Positions 37,722 through 49,502 of a DNA stretch of 64,000 nt are shown here, in pieces; the stretch's first letter is position 1; each line of letters opens with the position of its first letter. The notes under the pieces were generated by a model. The model had not been told where the DNA came from and did no database searches. It saw only the letters and a list, made by a program, of their open reading frames with translations. The translations under genes and the position numbers were made by a program. The DNA comes from Vitrella brassicaformis CCMP3155 (taxonomy: Eukaryota > Protista > Chromerida). The stretch spans positions 1 through 64,000 of the forward strand of contig CDMY01000218.1 of the NCBI GenBank assembly GCA_001179505.1, written 5' to 3'.

Positions 37722-38242
37722 NCCCCCCCCCCCCCCCCTTCAAAGGGGGGGGGGGGGGATTGCATCGCTCCTCTCGTCGAAGCCTTTGTCATTGCAGCCT
37801 TCCTATCCCCCAACACTCACCGCATGCACTCAGCAAACAGAACGATAAACTTGGAACAAAGCGAGTTTCTGTGCACCAAACGTGAATTCTGCTGAAACTT
37901 CTGGCGTCTCCTCTTTTCCAGCCCTTCTGAGATACGTACTCAACCTCACTCAACCTCAAGGCGATCAAAAATCACTCTCGACAAACTGTGTATATTTGTT
38001 GCCCGGAAATTTCGTATGCTCTCCGTCTGCCCGATCGCCTCCCATTACTCGGGGGCCCCTCCCTCCTGTAACAGTTCGTCGACACGCATTCGCGTGGGGT
38101 CCCATCGAACGGATGGAGGAGCTGACTTGATGTTTGAGCACAGCCGCCGGCGTGCCATTCCTGCGAGTGAAGATCTCCAGTCGGCGAATGTGTCGTCTCC
38201 GAGCAAGTGAGAGATCTCCGCCACTGCTGCATCATCACAACC

Positions 38243-39556
38243 ATGGAATCGTCGAGCTCATGTGACCATAATACTCTCCCACAGGTGTGAAGAGAGAGCA
38301 CAGGGCCACACAGCACATTCTGACTGACTCTCCTCTTTGGTTGTTTTTTCCTCAGGCCACTGCCGCCCCACCGCCGCCCTTCTCTATCCTCGACGCCTTT
38401 GTTGAGCAGGAGGGTCTCGGGCCTTATGAGGTGCAGGCTCTGTCTGACCGCATCCGCCGGCTGCTGGGGAGAGAGGGCTGTGCCGAGCTCTTCGGTGCCA
38501 CTCGCATTCTCGCACTCAGCGACGCCATCGCCGAGAGCATCGGACGGCACATCGACCAGCTGCTGCGCGACAACCAGGTCGACAGAGTGCTCAGCTACCC
38601 CCAGCAGCAGCGGCAGCAGCCCGACGGGGATTTCTGGTGCGCCTGTGGTGGGTGCTGGTCAATGGCGGGCAGTGGGCGGCGAACGAGCCAATCCTGCGCC
38701 TGGCCAGGAGCAGTGGCTGTCTGGCGTCGCTTCCACTCATCATCACAGCAGCCGACGTGCAGCAGGCGACGGCCGACAAGACCGTCTTCCTCAACCGCCC
38801 AGAGGCCATCTGCCAATACAGCCTTTACGCCCACCAACTGGGCCAGAACACGCAGCTGACGCGCACGGCCAACTGGCGGGACGAGCTGGGCTGGTGGGTG
38901 GTGAGGGTGCACAGCGATCAGGAGACGGAGGAGCAAACGGTGCCGGCCGAGTATGCGGAGCAATTCGATGCCGCCGATCCCCCGTGCCGACGTGAGAGAG
39001 GAAGGTTAAAACAGTGAATGGGGAACTTGGCATGGATCGATGGTGTTTGCCGATCGATGGTGTTTGCCGTTGTGTGTTTGTGTGTCTGCAGACTTCCGCG
39101 ACGTGATTATCCAGGAGTATTCAGCGACTCAAATGAGAGAAGGAACACAACAGCGATGTGTCGTGTGCGCTGCCTTCCTGCTCTTTCAGGTTGACATGGT
39201 CGTCGCGTTGTGCGTCGCTTCAGTTCTGGCATCCGCCCTCTGGTCAGTCTTTCCACATTTATGAGCTGATCGACCAGCAGCCGCCCCTGTGGGGCTGCCG
39301 CACCATCGTCGACTACACCAGCGACCACAGCAGATTCGGCAACTTACCCCGCCGACTCGTCATTCTGTGTGGCGACGAGGAGGGCGATGACTTTGCGGCC
39401 TTCATCAGGATGTTCAAGCACCCTGATGGGCTGACATCCATCGAGCTCCTCACGACAGAGGTGCCCCAGCGGGGCGTCAGTGGTCCGGGTGCCCTCTCCC
39501 AGACACTGGCTTTGGGTCTGCTCAATTGGGTCTGCTGGTGCGAACGCGACACATGA
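38243..39556 (+). pseudogene. Diverged multicopy family member, copy C, with apparent frameshift
   Basis: Shares RTANWRDEL...FDAADPPC and DQQPPLWGCRTIVDY...CGDEEGDDF...TTEVPQ with the other copies. The frame changes in the GGGG run near 38626-38629 (QQPD.. to FLVRLWWVLV). This could be a sequencing error. Confidence 0.6.
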
Positions 39557-40124
39557 GGGGGCCGGGAAGCCTTGGAGTCTGCTGTGGGTGCATGTCTGCC
39601 CTCTTCTCCCTGTTCTTTGTCCTTTGTGTGTGTCAGGCATCACACCAGCAGCATCGGCGAGTGGGTGAGGGCTGGCGTAATCGACAGGAATGAGGGTATG
39701 TAGCTGCTGGCTGACTGAGCGGCGTGGTGGTTAAGTGACTTTGGTAGCCCGGTGTACATAATATGGATCAGATCAACGGATGGTGCGTGATTGCCAGCTG
39801 TTTTTGAGTGTTCGTACGATAGACCCACCCCCTGTGTGCCCACGTGTCTGTCGTGTGTAAATGGATGTGATGTGTGGCTCCCTCCGCTTCGTCCGTCGCC
39901 ACAAGTGCAATGCACACCTGTCAGTCAATTAACTCACTCCACGCATCAACAGTCCCCCACACAAGTGTACTGTGCGTATGCATCGCTATCTCAAGGTCAC
40001 GGCAACGGGAAAAGAGCGATTAACGCTCCACACCCACCTCTCTCTCCCTCCCTCCCTCCCTCCCTCCCTCTATAGAAGCACGCCGCACACCGACTGCCGA
40101 TGATCCTTGCACCCATCTACTCTG

Positions 40125-40475
40125 TCACGGTGAGTCGTCTCCGTCTTTGTTGGGCGGCAGCTTGAATGGCTTGCTCATGCCGGGCCGCTTGGGCATCTTG
40201 TTCTCGCTCAGGAACTCGTCCTGCATCTCCTGCGCTCGGTCACCCAACCCACACATCTGCACACACACACACATAGAGACAATACACACAGGCAGGAAGG
40301 CACCCAGGCAGCAATGGTGTGTGTGGTGGGTGTGCCGCTCACCTCGGCCATCAGGAAGAGCTGGTCCACTGTGGCAAACTTCAACTTATTCACGGCTACA
40401 ATCCTGCACGCAATCACACACACACACACACGAGTGGATGAATAAATGCAGCTCCCACCCTCCCTCCCTCCCTGT

Positions 40476-40506
<31 letters not shown>

Positions 40507-41730
40507 TCTCCCTGCTTACTTTTCCCTGAGCAAGGGGTCGTGTCTGATGGCCTCGCTGATCATGGTCTTGAGGGCCGCCCTCCTGGCCTCGCCCAGCCGC
40601 GGCTTGGTCGTCTGGATGTCCCCCCCCATCGAGATGCTCGCCACGCGCGGACGGAACCCTGGGGACGACCGGTGCTTGCCCTTGTTGGCCCCCTTGCCGC
40701 CCGCCTTGCGCTTGGCCGCCGCCCGCCGCGTGTTGGGGCGCCTCCTACTGCCCTTTGCCAGCTGGTCGCTGTCGTCATGCATGTCAGCGTCGTGGTCCTT
40801 GTCTGAGGCATTCACGTCAGAGGTGCGCAGGCGCCTGCTGGTGGGGGAGGGGCTGCTGTCGTCTCTGAGCATCATGTCAGATTCACTCTGGTCGGTCTGC
40901 GATGATTTGGGGTGGTGGGAGAGGGTGGCGGCCACGGGCAGGTGGGCGTAGCGCTTGCGATAGGCCTCGTAGGTCTGCAGGGGGTGGGCGGCCGACTCGG
41001 TGGCCGACAGGGGGGACCCGCCGCCGCCGCCGCCGCCGCAATCGATGCTGTCTGAGGGGGGGCTGGTGAAGCTCGTCTGCTCGCCCGCCCCTCCCCCTAG
41101 ACCATCCCCACTGGTCGGCGACGCGCCGCCCTCTCCAGCACCCTTGGACACTGGCCGACTCTGAACGGATTGATGAACCAAACACAGACACACACACACA
41201 CCAGTATTGATTGATCCTTCAGCAAGGCTTCCTTGTGTGCGTCTTTTCATGCATACCTTGTGCAGTTCCAGCACGGCACACGCCGCCCTGACGGCCCCGG
41301 CGGCGTGCATGTCCCTCATATCTTCGGTGAACGTCCCGTCGGCCCACCGGCGATGCGCCTCGGTGACGAACACGGCCAAATCGGGCAGGGCGAGGAGGGT
41401 CTCGACCACTTCTCCCGCCAGCAGCCTGTCGTTGCTGGCGAACTTGGCCTTCATGTGGTTGGCTGCCGGGACGAGCCAGGCCAGCAGAGGCGAGAGGTCC
41501 TTGGCTGCGATGCCGCGCACCACGGTGTGGGCGGAGGGCGAGTGGTAGTGCCCAGAGGAAATGTAGACGTCCATTACGCCACGGGCGATCTCCAGCAGCT
41601 GCTGAGGGTACAAATCCCACGGCGACGGTCCCGCTGGGGAGGCAGAGACGGTTGCCACGACCGATGGCTGGCTCGGACAGACCAAGGCGGGAGGCACTTG
41701 CTCCACAACGGGCTCCGACTGGCCATCCAT
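40125..41730 (-). CDS. Hypothetical protein (helical N-domain, low-complexity linker, basic region, conserved-looking C-domain)
   Basis: Strong coding bias. Exons end ...KTMISEAIRHDPLLREK / IVAVNKLKFATVDQLFLMAE / MCGLGDRAQEMQDEFLSENKMPKRPG...DSP*. No family recognised. Confidence 0.7.
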
Positions 41731-41881
41731 GGTAATCGATGACCTCACGGGATGCTAGAATGCCAGAAATACTCTCCTTGGACCGAACTCTGCTGATCGT
41801 CAAACCCGAGATCTGTAGGGTTTCTCGAAGGGAAGGCAAAGAGCTCTCAGGCTCCTTTCTCGCAGGATTCGCAACTCGTCT

Positions 41882-44648
41882 GAGTACAGCGGCTGCCTTT
41901 TCACCGTAAGCACAGCACGAACCATGACATTCATCCATCGGAAACACCAGACTCCCACGGCTTCATCGTGGGATGGCCTTCAGGCATTGCTTGAGGTTCC
42001 CGTGAGCATAGCCGGCAGCGGGCGCGATGAACGGCCCATCGGCGTCGGCATCAGCTGCCGCAGGTGGGCTGACAGAACTGACTGGGCGAGGGCGGGAAGG
42101 AATTCTCATGTGGGGTGGTTTGTGTGTTGGCCAGGCGGTGGTGGACGTAGCGGTGTGATTGGCTTCATCAATCATAGCACCATACAGAGTGACGGGCTGC
42201 CGGTGAGCCATCAAGCCATCACAGCCACACAGCGCGGAGAGCACCGCACGGGGTGTCGGTGTGTTCATAGTGATCTGTGTGTGTGCCTGCCTGCCTTTGC
42301 AGCTGTCCTCTGATGTGTTGGCGCAGCTGTCGAAAGTCAAAACACAGTTAGCCGTGTTGGACTCAAAGGTGAGAGGACAGCACAGAGGGAGGGAGAGGGC
42401 GGCTGACTTATGTGTGTGTGTGTGTGGTGTGTGCAGTTTGTCAAGAAGATGGGCATCTCTGACACTATCGATTACCTCACTGCGAAGGTCGTCAGTCAGC
42501 GCATAGCTGACCTCCCTTCGTGTGATATTCTGTGGTCTGTGGCTGTGTGCAGGGGTCTGTTGGTGAGAGGCACCTGCCCATGGTGGAAGGGGCCGCGTCA
42601 GAGATCTTTGGTGCGCTGGGCGACCTGGAGAGGGAACTCAAACGACTCAACGGCGCGGCACTGGTACGCACAGACACATCTACTGTCGGTCCTTCAACTG
42701 GTGGATGAGTGTATGTGTCTTCTCCTGCCTGTGTGTGTGTGTGTGTGTGTGTGTATCAGCTGGGGGGCCACTTCAAGAGCTTCGCATTTGTCCCCCCAGC
42801 CGCTAAGAAGACCACCACAGAGACCACTGACACACTCAAGAAGGTACGACCGCTGCACGGTGAAGCCATCATGACGGCCAAAACTATGGCGTGATGTGTG
42901 CAGGAAACTGTTGCAGACAGCACATCCTGCCCGAGTCGTCAAGTGCTGCGGCCCCGCGCTTCTTGCCCGGCCTGTCCCTGCCCACCGACGTCCTCCGCGG
43001 CACCCTGCTGCCCTTCATCAGCGGCCACCGTGACGATCCCGCCACCCTCACCCCACACAACACAATCGCCCTCTGCCGCACATCCGAGGCGGTCAGCAGC
43101 GCAGTCGAGGCCGACCTGGTCGCCGACATTGACAGCATCATCCAGCGCGACGGACTCACAGGCGCCATCGGCTACGCCCCGCTGCGTCAGTCGAGCCATG
43201 GCAGTCGTCTGGTGCGCCGGATGCGGCTGATCCGCCTCCACTACGTGATAGTGAAGGGGGGCGACTGGCGGGGCAACGTGCTGGTGCTGCGGATGGCCAA
43301 CAGCTGCGGACGAGTGCAGTAGCTGCCCGTCGAGCTGACGGAGGACGACCTGCAGCACGTGGGCAGCAAGGCCATCGTCGACAGCCGGCCGCCCAGCATG
43401 AGACAATACGGCCTCTACGGCAACCGGCTGGGCGAGAGGATGCGGCTGACGCGCACTACCAACGGGCGGGAGATGCTGGGCGGGTATGTGCAGGTGACGG
43501 TGCACACCGAGCAGACGGTGCCCCGCAGGTATCGAGATCGATTCAATGCGGCCGATCCCCCGTGTGAACGTGAGAGAGAGAGAGGGGAAAGCACCACAGG
43601 GGAGGCGACCTGGCATGGATGGCGTCTGCCGCTGTGTGTGTGTGTGTGTCTGCAGACTATTTGGGTGAAGAGCATGGCAGCTTCCGTGAGGTGGCCATCA
43701 AGAGGTGTGCAGCGACTGAAATGAGAGAACACAACACACCAATGTGTCGTGTTGTGTCTGCCTTTTCCCTCCCTGCTCTTTCAGGTTGGCATCGCTGTCG
43801 TCGCATTTTGTGTCGGATCACTGGTGGGATCCGCCCTCTCCTGAGTCTGACCGCATCGGTGCCCTGATCGACCAGCCGCCGCCCGTGTGGGACGGCTGCC
43901 GCACCATCGACTACACCAGCGACTACACCACCGGCGGCACACGCCGACTCGTCATACTGTGTGGCGAGGAGGATGGCGACGACTTCATGGCCCACATCGA
44001 GGTGCACAAGCGGCCTCACGGGTCGGCATCCATCGCCCTCTACACCACCGAGGCGCCCCAGAAGATCGGCAGTGGCCCTGCTGTCTTCCCGCGGGCAGTC
44101 GACATCGCCCGCAACAAGATGCGCGACGCCATCACAGTACTCCCACAGGTCAACGAGGCCATCAACACTGGTACACGCGCACGAGAACACCAGATGAGTC
44201 AACACAAGAGTGAGACTGTCTCTTGTTTCATGACTGCAGCTGTCGGGTTGGCGTCGACGTGACTCAGGTGGACGGCGGCACACACGAAGACATCGGAGGT
44301 AGCTGACATGCAGTGGGGCGGCAACGGCCACTGCACGGGGAGAAGTTAGTGTTGAGGGGCGTGGCGTGCGTGTGCAGCGGTGGGGTGGCATTGGAGGTAG
44401 CTGGGTGCAGCCGTTGGGGCGGCAGCAGAGGGGATGCAACACACCAGGACGGGGACGGAGATGCGGCACCCCAGCTCCCTCGTAGCTAATCGACCCCTCC
44501 GTCTACCTGGCTGCCTCTTTTCTGGCTCTGTCAATGCTGTCTATCGTGCTGTGTACCGAGCCTAGCCTGACTTGCGCTTCCATGCGTGTGGGATCCATTC
44601 ACATGAGCGAAAGACTGACTCATTGGATAGCGGGTGCGGTGCATGCCT
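41882..44648 (+). repeat. Right arm of ~2.8-kb inverted duplication
   Basis: Inverted homology to 34316-37090. Confidence 0.85.
42027..44262 (+). pseudogene. Multicopy family copy D with premature stop
   Basis: Same exon series as A/B, but CGA GTG CAG TAG CTG CCC (stop at 43320-43322) where A and B read RVQQLP. Confidence 0.7.
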
Positions 44649-45225
44649 TGGCATCAACGCATACTCATGTCTGAGAGGCAACAGTTGACATGCGACGCGA
44701 CGTACAACGGGCAAAAAAACGCACAAAGCAATACGCACACACACACACACGCATGCCGGCAATGTGTGAGAGAGAAAAGGGATACAGAGGGGGTCCACGG
44801 TAAGATGCGCCTGCCTGCTGCTGCGTGCATGTAGGCAGTAAGACTTAAAAGGCAGCATCCATCCATCCATTCATCCATCCGTCCATCCGTCCACCGATAC
44901 AGTCCTACAAAGACGCGCATCACCCAATGTCCATCTACACACCTAAGAGCTGCCCCTGCCCTCAGCACATCTCAATGGGAGCGTACAGATTATTCTGCGC
45001 AGCGATCCTTGCGCAGAATGACCTGCACGTCCGCTCTGAAATGTGCCCCGAGCCCGGCGACACACTGCAGCCATAGATCAATTTGCTCACTCAGGTCAGC
45101 CAAGTGAAGCACGGGACCGAAAAAATCCCCCGCTATCTATCGCTCTCTCATCGCCTCGATCTGTGTATCTATCTAGCAGTAGACACAGAACACTCCCCTC
45201 TGTGTGTCAGGTCGGTCGCCCGAGG

Positions 45226-47849
45226 TCACTTGGCCGGCTGCACCTGTCCGCCCGACACGTCGGCCCATCGCTTGAGCATCAACTTCTGCACACACAGCAA
45301 CGCCTCGCGAGCAACGTCCCTGACGCACACAGACATCAGACAGAGAGGGACAGGGAGAGGGAGAGGGGCATGTGCAGCCGTGGTGGTGGTGGTGGTGGCT
45401 GGTATGCTGACTTGTTCTTGTGTGACAGCAGCATTAGGAGAAACTGCTTGGCCTTCAGCCGGTCCAGCACCCTGACACACGCACACACGCACATCGATCC
45501 ATGAGATCCACCAGCACCAAAGAGCTCTGTGTGTGCTGGCCCGCTCACTTTTTGCCGGTGGGGTAGAGTCTGGCGAATTCTCCCAGGTCGTGGCAGGCCA
45601 CGGCGACGGTCTCCAAATCGTCGGCCACCAGCAGCTTCATCAACACCTTCACGACCTGCATCATCGGCCACCAGATGGGACAGAGAGAGGAGGGGGTGGT
45701 GTGTTCTGCTGTGTGTGAAGGTCTCCCTCCCTCCCTCTGGTTTCGTGGCTGACTCTGAAGTCGTCTTCGCCGAACTTCTCGATGTTCTCGTGGAAGAACT
45801 TCTCTGCAACAACAATGGGTGCATGGATGGATGGATGGATGGGTGTGTGGGCGGTGTGTGTGGGTCCAGAGCCATCTCACCTTGGTGCAGGTGTGACCAT
45901 CTGAGTTTGCCGTTGGCGAGCTCCTTCTCGTAACGCTCAAAATTGCTGCAGGCAGGCAGGCAGGCAGGCACAACGACACAAAAACCAACCACACACATGC
46001 CCGCTCTTCTCTCCCCTCTGTGTGGCTGGGAGTGTGGCACCGACCTGTATTGTTTGACTTTTGACTGTAGGGTGTAGAGTGTCTGTCTGATCTCCTCGTA
46101 CAGCTCGGCGTCGCGCCACTTCTCGTACTCGAGCAGCTGCAGCACCTGCAAAGTGTTGCGCTCCAGCAGATCCTCAACCGCCTTGTCCTCCTCCAACAAC
46201 GCCTGACGGACCAACACACGCTCACACAGATGGACAAAGTGACCAATGGCTGGGTGTTTGGCTGACCGGCAGTGTGTGTATGCAGACGCGGACGACCTTC
46301 TCCACTCGACTGTCGCCCAGCACCTTGCGCAGCGCCAGCACCACACCCCGGTCTGTGCAGCACAAAGGCGGGTGGGGGCAACATGGCATCGATCGCAACC
46401 TGGTGTGTGTGTCGGTGTGTCTGTGTGTGTGTGTGGGTGAGAGCCTGACCGATGAGTTGTTTGAGAAGGTCAGGTCTGAAGCTGCTGAGCCACACGCAGA
46501 AACACGCCTTGTAGAGGTTGGGCGCCGGTCGCTCGGGGTCGACGTTCTTCAGAATCCTATGGCCATGCAATGCCACACACCCCCGGCACACGCAACCCTT
46601 TGCACAGCGTCATTGCCCCCATGTAGCGAACGAAGCTGCTCACATGTCAGTGACGCCCCGGGCCTCGAAAACGGTGTTCCGATACGCATCTGACATCAAA
46701 CAACACAACGGATGGATGGATGGATGGTGCCGTGTGTCGTGTCCTCACTGTTTTTGAGGAGGTTGCAGAAGCTCTCGAGCTTGCCCAGCTCCGTCATGGT
46801 GTAGGACGCTGGCACACACACATACACTGACCGCATGTGTGTTGGTCTATGTGTGTGTGGGCTGCCTTTGCTGCCTGCGGACCGTTGACGATTGAGGTGA
46901 CGAATGTGGTGACCTGCGACTCGCTGAACTTCTTGCTGCCGCCACGGCTGACATCCACACACACACACACACACACGCAGGCAGGCAGGCAGGCAGGCAG
47001 AACAGCTGTATCTATCTATCTATGTGTGTGTGTGTGTGTGTATGTGGTGTGTGTTTGGGTGGGTGGCTGACCACATGAACCCCGAGAGCAGGTAGGCGGC
47101 CTTGTCTGACGTGGCCGTGTCCACATCCTGACGACTCAACGTCCTGACGCACACACACACACACATAGATTATTGGATGGATGGATGGATGGATGGAGAG
47201 AGAGAGAGAGAGAGAGGGAAGGCACTTCACTTATCCCCTTTTGTGTCTGTGCATGTGCCTACTTGTGGAATGGGGTGAATATGTCCGCGTCGGGGAGGCA
47301 GCCCATCAGCACGTCGTAGCGACTCCCATCATCTGAACCGCAGACACACACACACAGAACCATAAAACCCTTTGTGTGAGCGCATGTGTGTGCATGGCTC
47401 GGTGTGCCGTTTGGTGTGTGTGTCTGACCTCTGACGACTTCCATGATGAGTGTGATGATGTACTGGATGGCCTGCAGGTCCATCAGATTCAACACACTAA
47501 ACACCACCGGAGGCACCTCGCTGTGCTGCACCACACACAACCAAGAACCATCAGAGGGAGAAACCAGAAGAGCCTTTCTCCTTCCCCTCTCTCTCTGTAT
47601 CTCTAATCGCCCAGCCACCCGCCCCACCGTGAGTATGTGGTTGGCCCGCTCTTCGCTGGGCATATTGTGGAGCATCTGCAGCACCGAGGCGCTCCCCGGT
47701 TTGAGCAGATGGCTTTGCTCATACTTGTGCCAGCCAATGTCGGCCGACAGGACGCTGTCCTCCTGACCAATCGACGCCCCGGCGGTCTCGGCCTGCGCGA
47801 GGGACAAGAGCCGCTGCTGCTCTTCGCTCGACTGGAGGGTGCGCGCCAT
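45226..47849 (-). CDS. VMA13: V-type proton ATPase V1 subunit H
   Basis: ...LEYEKWRDAELYEEI...SNFERYEKELANGKLRWSHLH...KFFHENIEKF...VAVACHDLGEFARLYPTGK...VAREALLCVQKLM. Confidence 0.92.
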
Positions 47850-49194
47850 GGATGGTGGTGATCCGGGACGATGGTGAGGCAGAGGATGGTCAAAAGGGGG
47901 TGGAAATGGGAGACCTGGCGGTTCTTTTGATCTGCCGTCGACGTTTGCGAGCTTAGCTGAGGGGGGATTGAACTGATGTGTAAGGGTATTTGTGAGGATT
48001 GGCGCTGTGTGTGCCAGCTGGATGGCTAGACAGATGGATGAATGCAGTCGAGTGAATACAGTCGATTTCGTCAAGTGTTGGTATCAATCAATTCATGAGT
48101 GAGGGAGTGCTCTGTCTGTGTCTGTCTGTCTGTATGGCTGCCTGCCTGCCTGCCTGCCTGCCTACCAGTTCCATCACGCCATGCCCATGCATCATGCATC
48201 CCATTCAATGACACAGCCACACCCGTCGCTATCATCCCTGAAAGCCTGGACCGCTCCCCGACCCTCAAACTGAGAAGCACCAGTCGTTAGTTACTATTAC
48301 AGGCAGTGCAGGCCACGCATACATCGCATGGTGGGTGGATGGATGCTACACACAGGGCAATGCCACCCAGTTGGTTAGTTAGTTGGCTGGCCGGCTGGCG
48401 CGGTGCGTATGCGGCACCACTCAGCCGCCCAGTCACTACAGCAGTCGTGCAAATGGGTCAACCACAGCTACCTACCAGTACAGCCACACGTGTGCAGGCG
48501 AGTGTGTGTGCGCGTGTGTGTGTATGTCTCCACACGTGAAAACATCTGGCTGGTGCAAAGAAACAGGAGAGAAAGTGTTTCAGTCCAAAGCACACAACAA
48601 AGTATGGGTAGTGGAGTCAGTCGAATGAACCGTGGACCAAAAATACAACAGATACGCAGTCAGTCAGTAGTGGTAAGTCGACATGGATGCACACGGGTAT
48701 GGCGGTACGCTCACACCTCTACACGCATCTCACGCATCCACGAGCCATGCATGGGTCACGATTGTCACCACATGAGAGTGAATTCGTCTGTCATCCATCC
48801 ATCCATCTATCCATCCATCCAGACACACACCCCCCGACACGCTGGCTGCATCACAGTCAGTCACCGGGCAGGCATGGGCCTCATCCATCCATTCTGGCAG
48901 CCAGTCATTCACAAATAAGCCAGTCACGCAACCAGAAAGTACCCACCAGACGGCATTCGACACTCTGACAAACGTCACGCCACCCACACCCATTGCCAGC
49001 CCCGGGCCGACACCATCCATCCATCCATCCACCCACCCTCCACCAACCGACCTCCCGCCCCCGACAAGCTCCACCACCACCACCACCACCAACCGATTGT
49101 TTCGGTCAACGAGAACACCGCCGACGCACATAAGAAGTAGACAGACGGGGAGTAGACAGCGACACACCACACCCACGCACACGAACGAAAAGGG

Positions 49195-49408
49195 AGTGTC
49201 TGCACCATACGGAGAGACAAAAAGAATACGACAAAGCAGTGTCTGCACCATACGGAGAGACAAAAAGGATACGACAAAGCAGTGTCTGCACCATACGGAG
49301 AGACAAAAAGAATACGACAAAGCAGTGTCTGCACCATACGGAGAGACGAAAAGAACACGACAAAGCAGTGTCTGCACCATACGGAGAGACAAAAAGAATA
49401 CGACAAAG
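49195..49408. repeat. Minisatellite: 5 tandem copies of a 43-bp unit
   Basis: Unit AGTGTCTGCACCATACGGAGAGACAAAAAGAATACGACAAAGC starts at 49195, 49238, 49281, 49324 and 49367. There are 1-2 substitutions in copies 2 and 4, and no spacers. Confidence 0.97.
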
Positions 49409-49502
49409 GCGAAGAAAAGGCAACGGGTAGGGCTGCTGACTCAAAAGCAATACAATACACTCATAGACAAAAAGAAAGAAACGGCCATCCTCTCCCGTCT
49501 GT

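Noticed and set aside
37722-37757. Cn-TTCAAA-Gn hairpin as a transposon terminus
   Set aside because: It sits at a gap edge within homopolymers with no matching second terminus or target-site duplication; probably an assembly effect.
24712-44262. Apparent ubiquitin/SUMO gene cluster (SIM protein, SWIM-RING, CKS1, F-box-like family)
   Set aside because: These classes are abundant in eukaryotic genomes, and there is no evidence of co-regulation or conserved synteny.
49195-49408. CRISPR array interpretation of the 43-bp repeats
   Set aside because: The units are directly adjacent with no unique spacers, there are no cas genes, and the context is eukaryotic.
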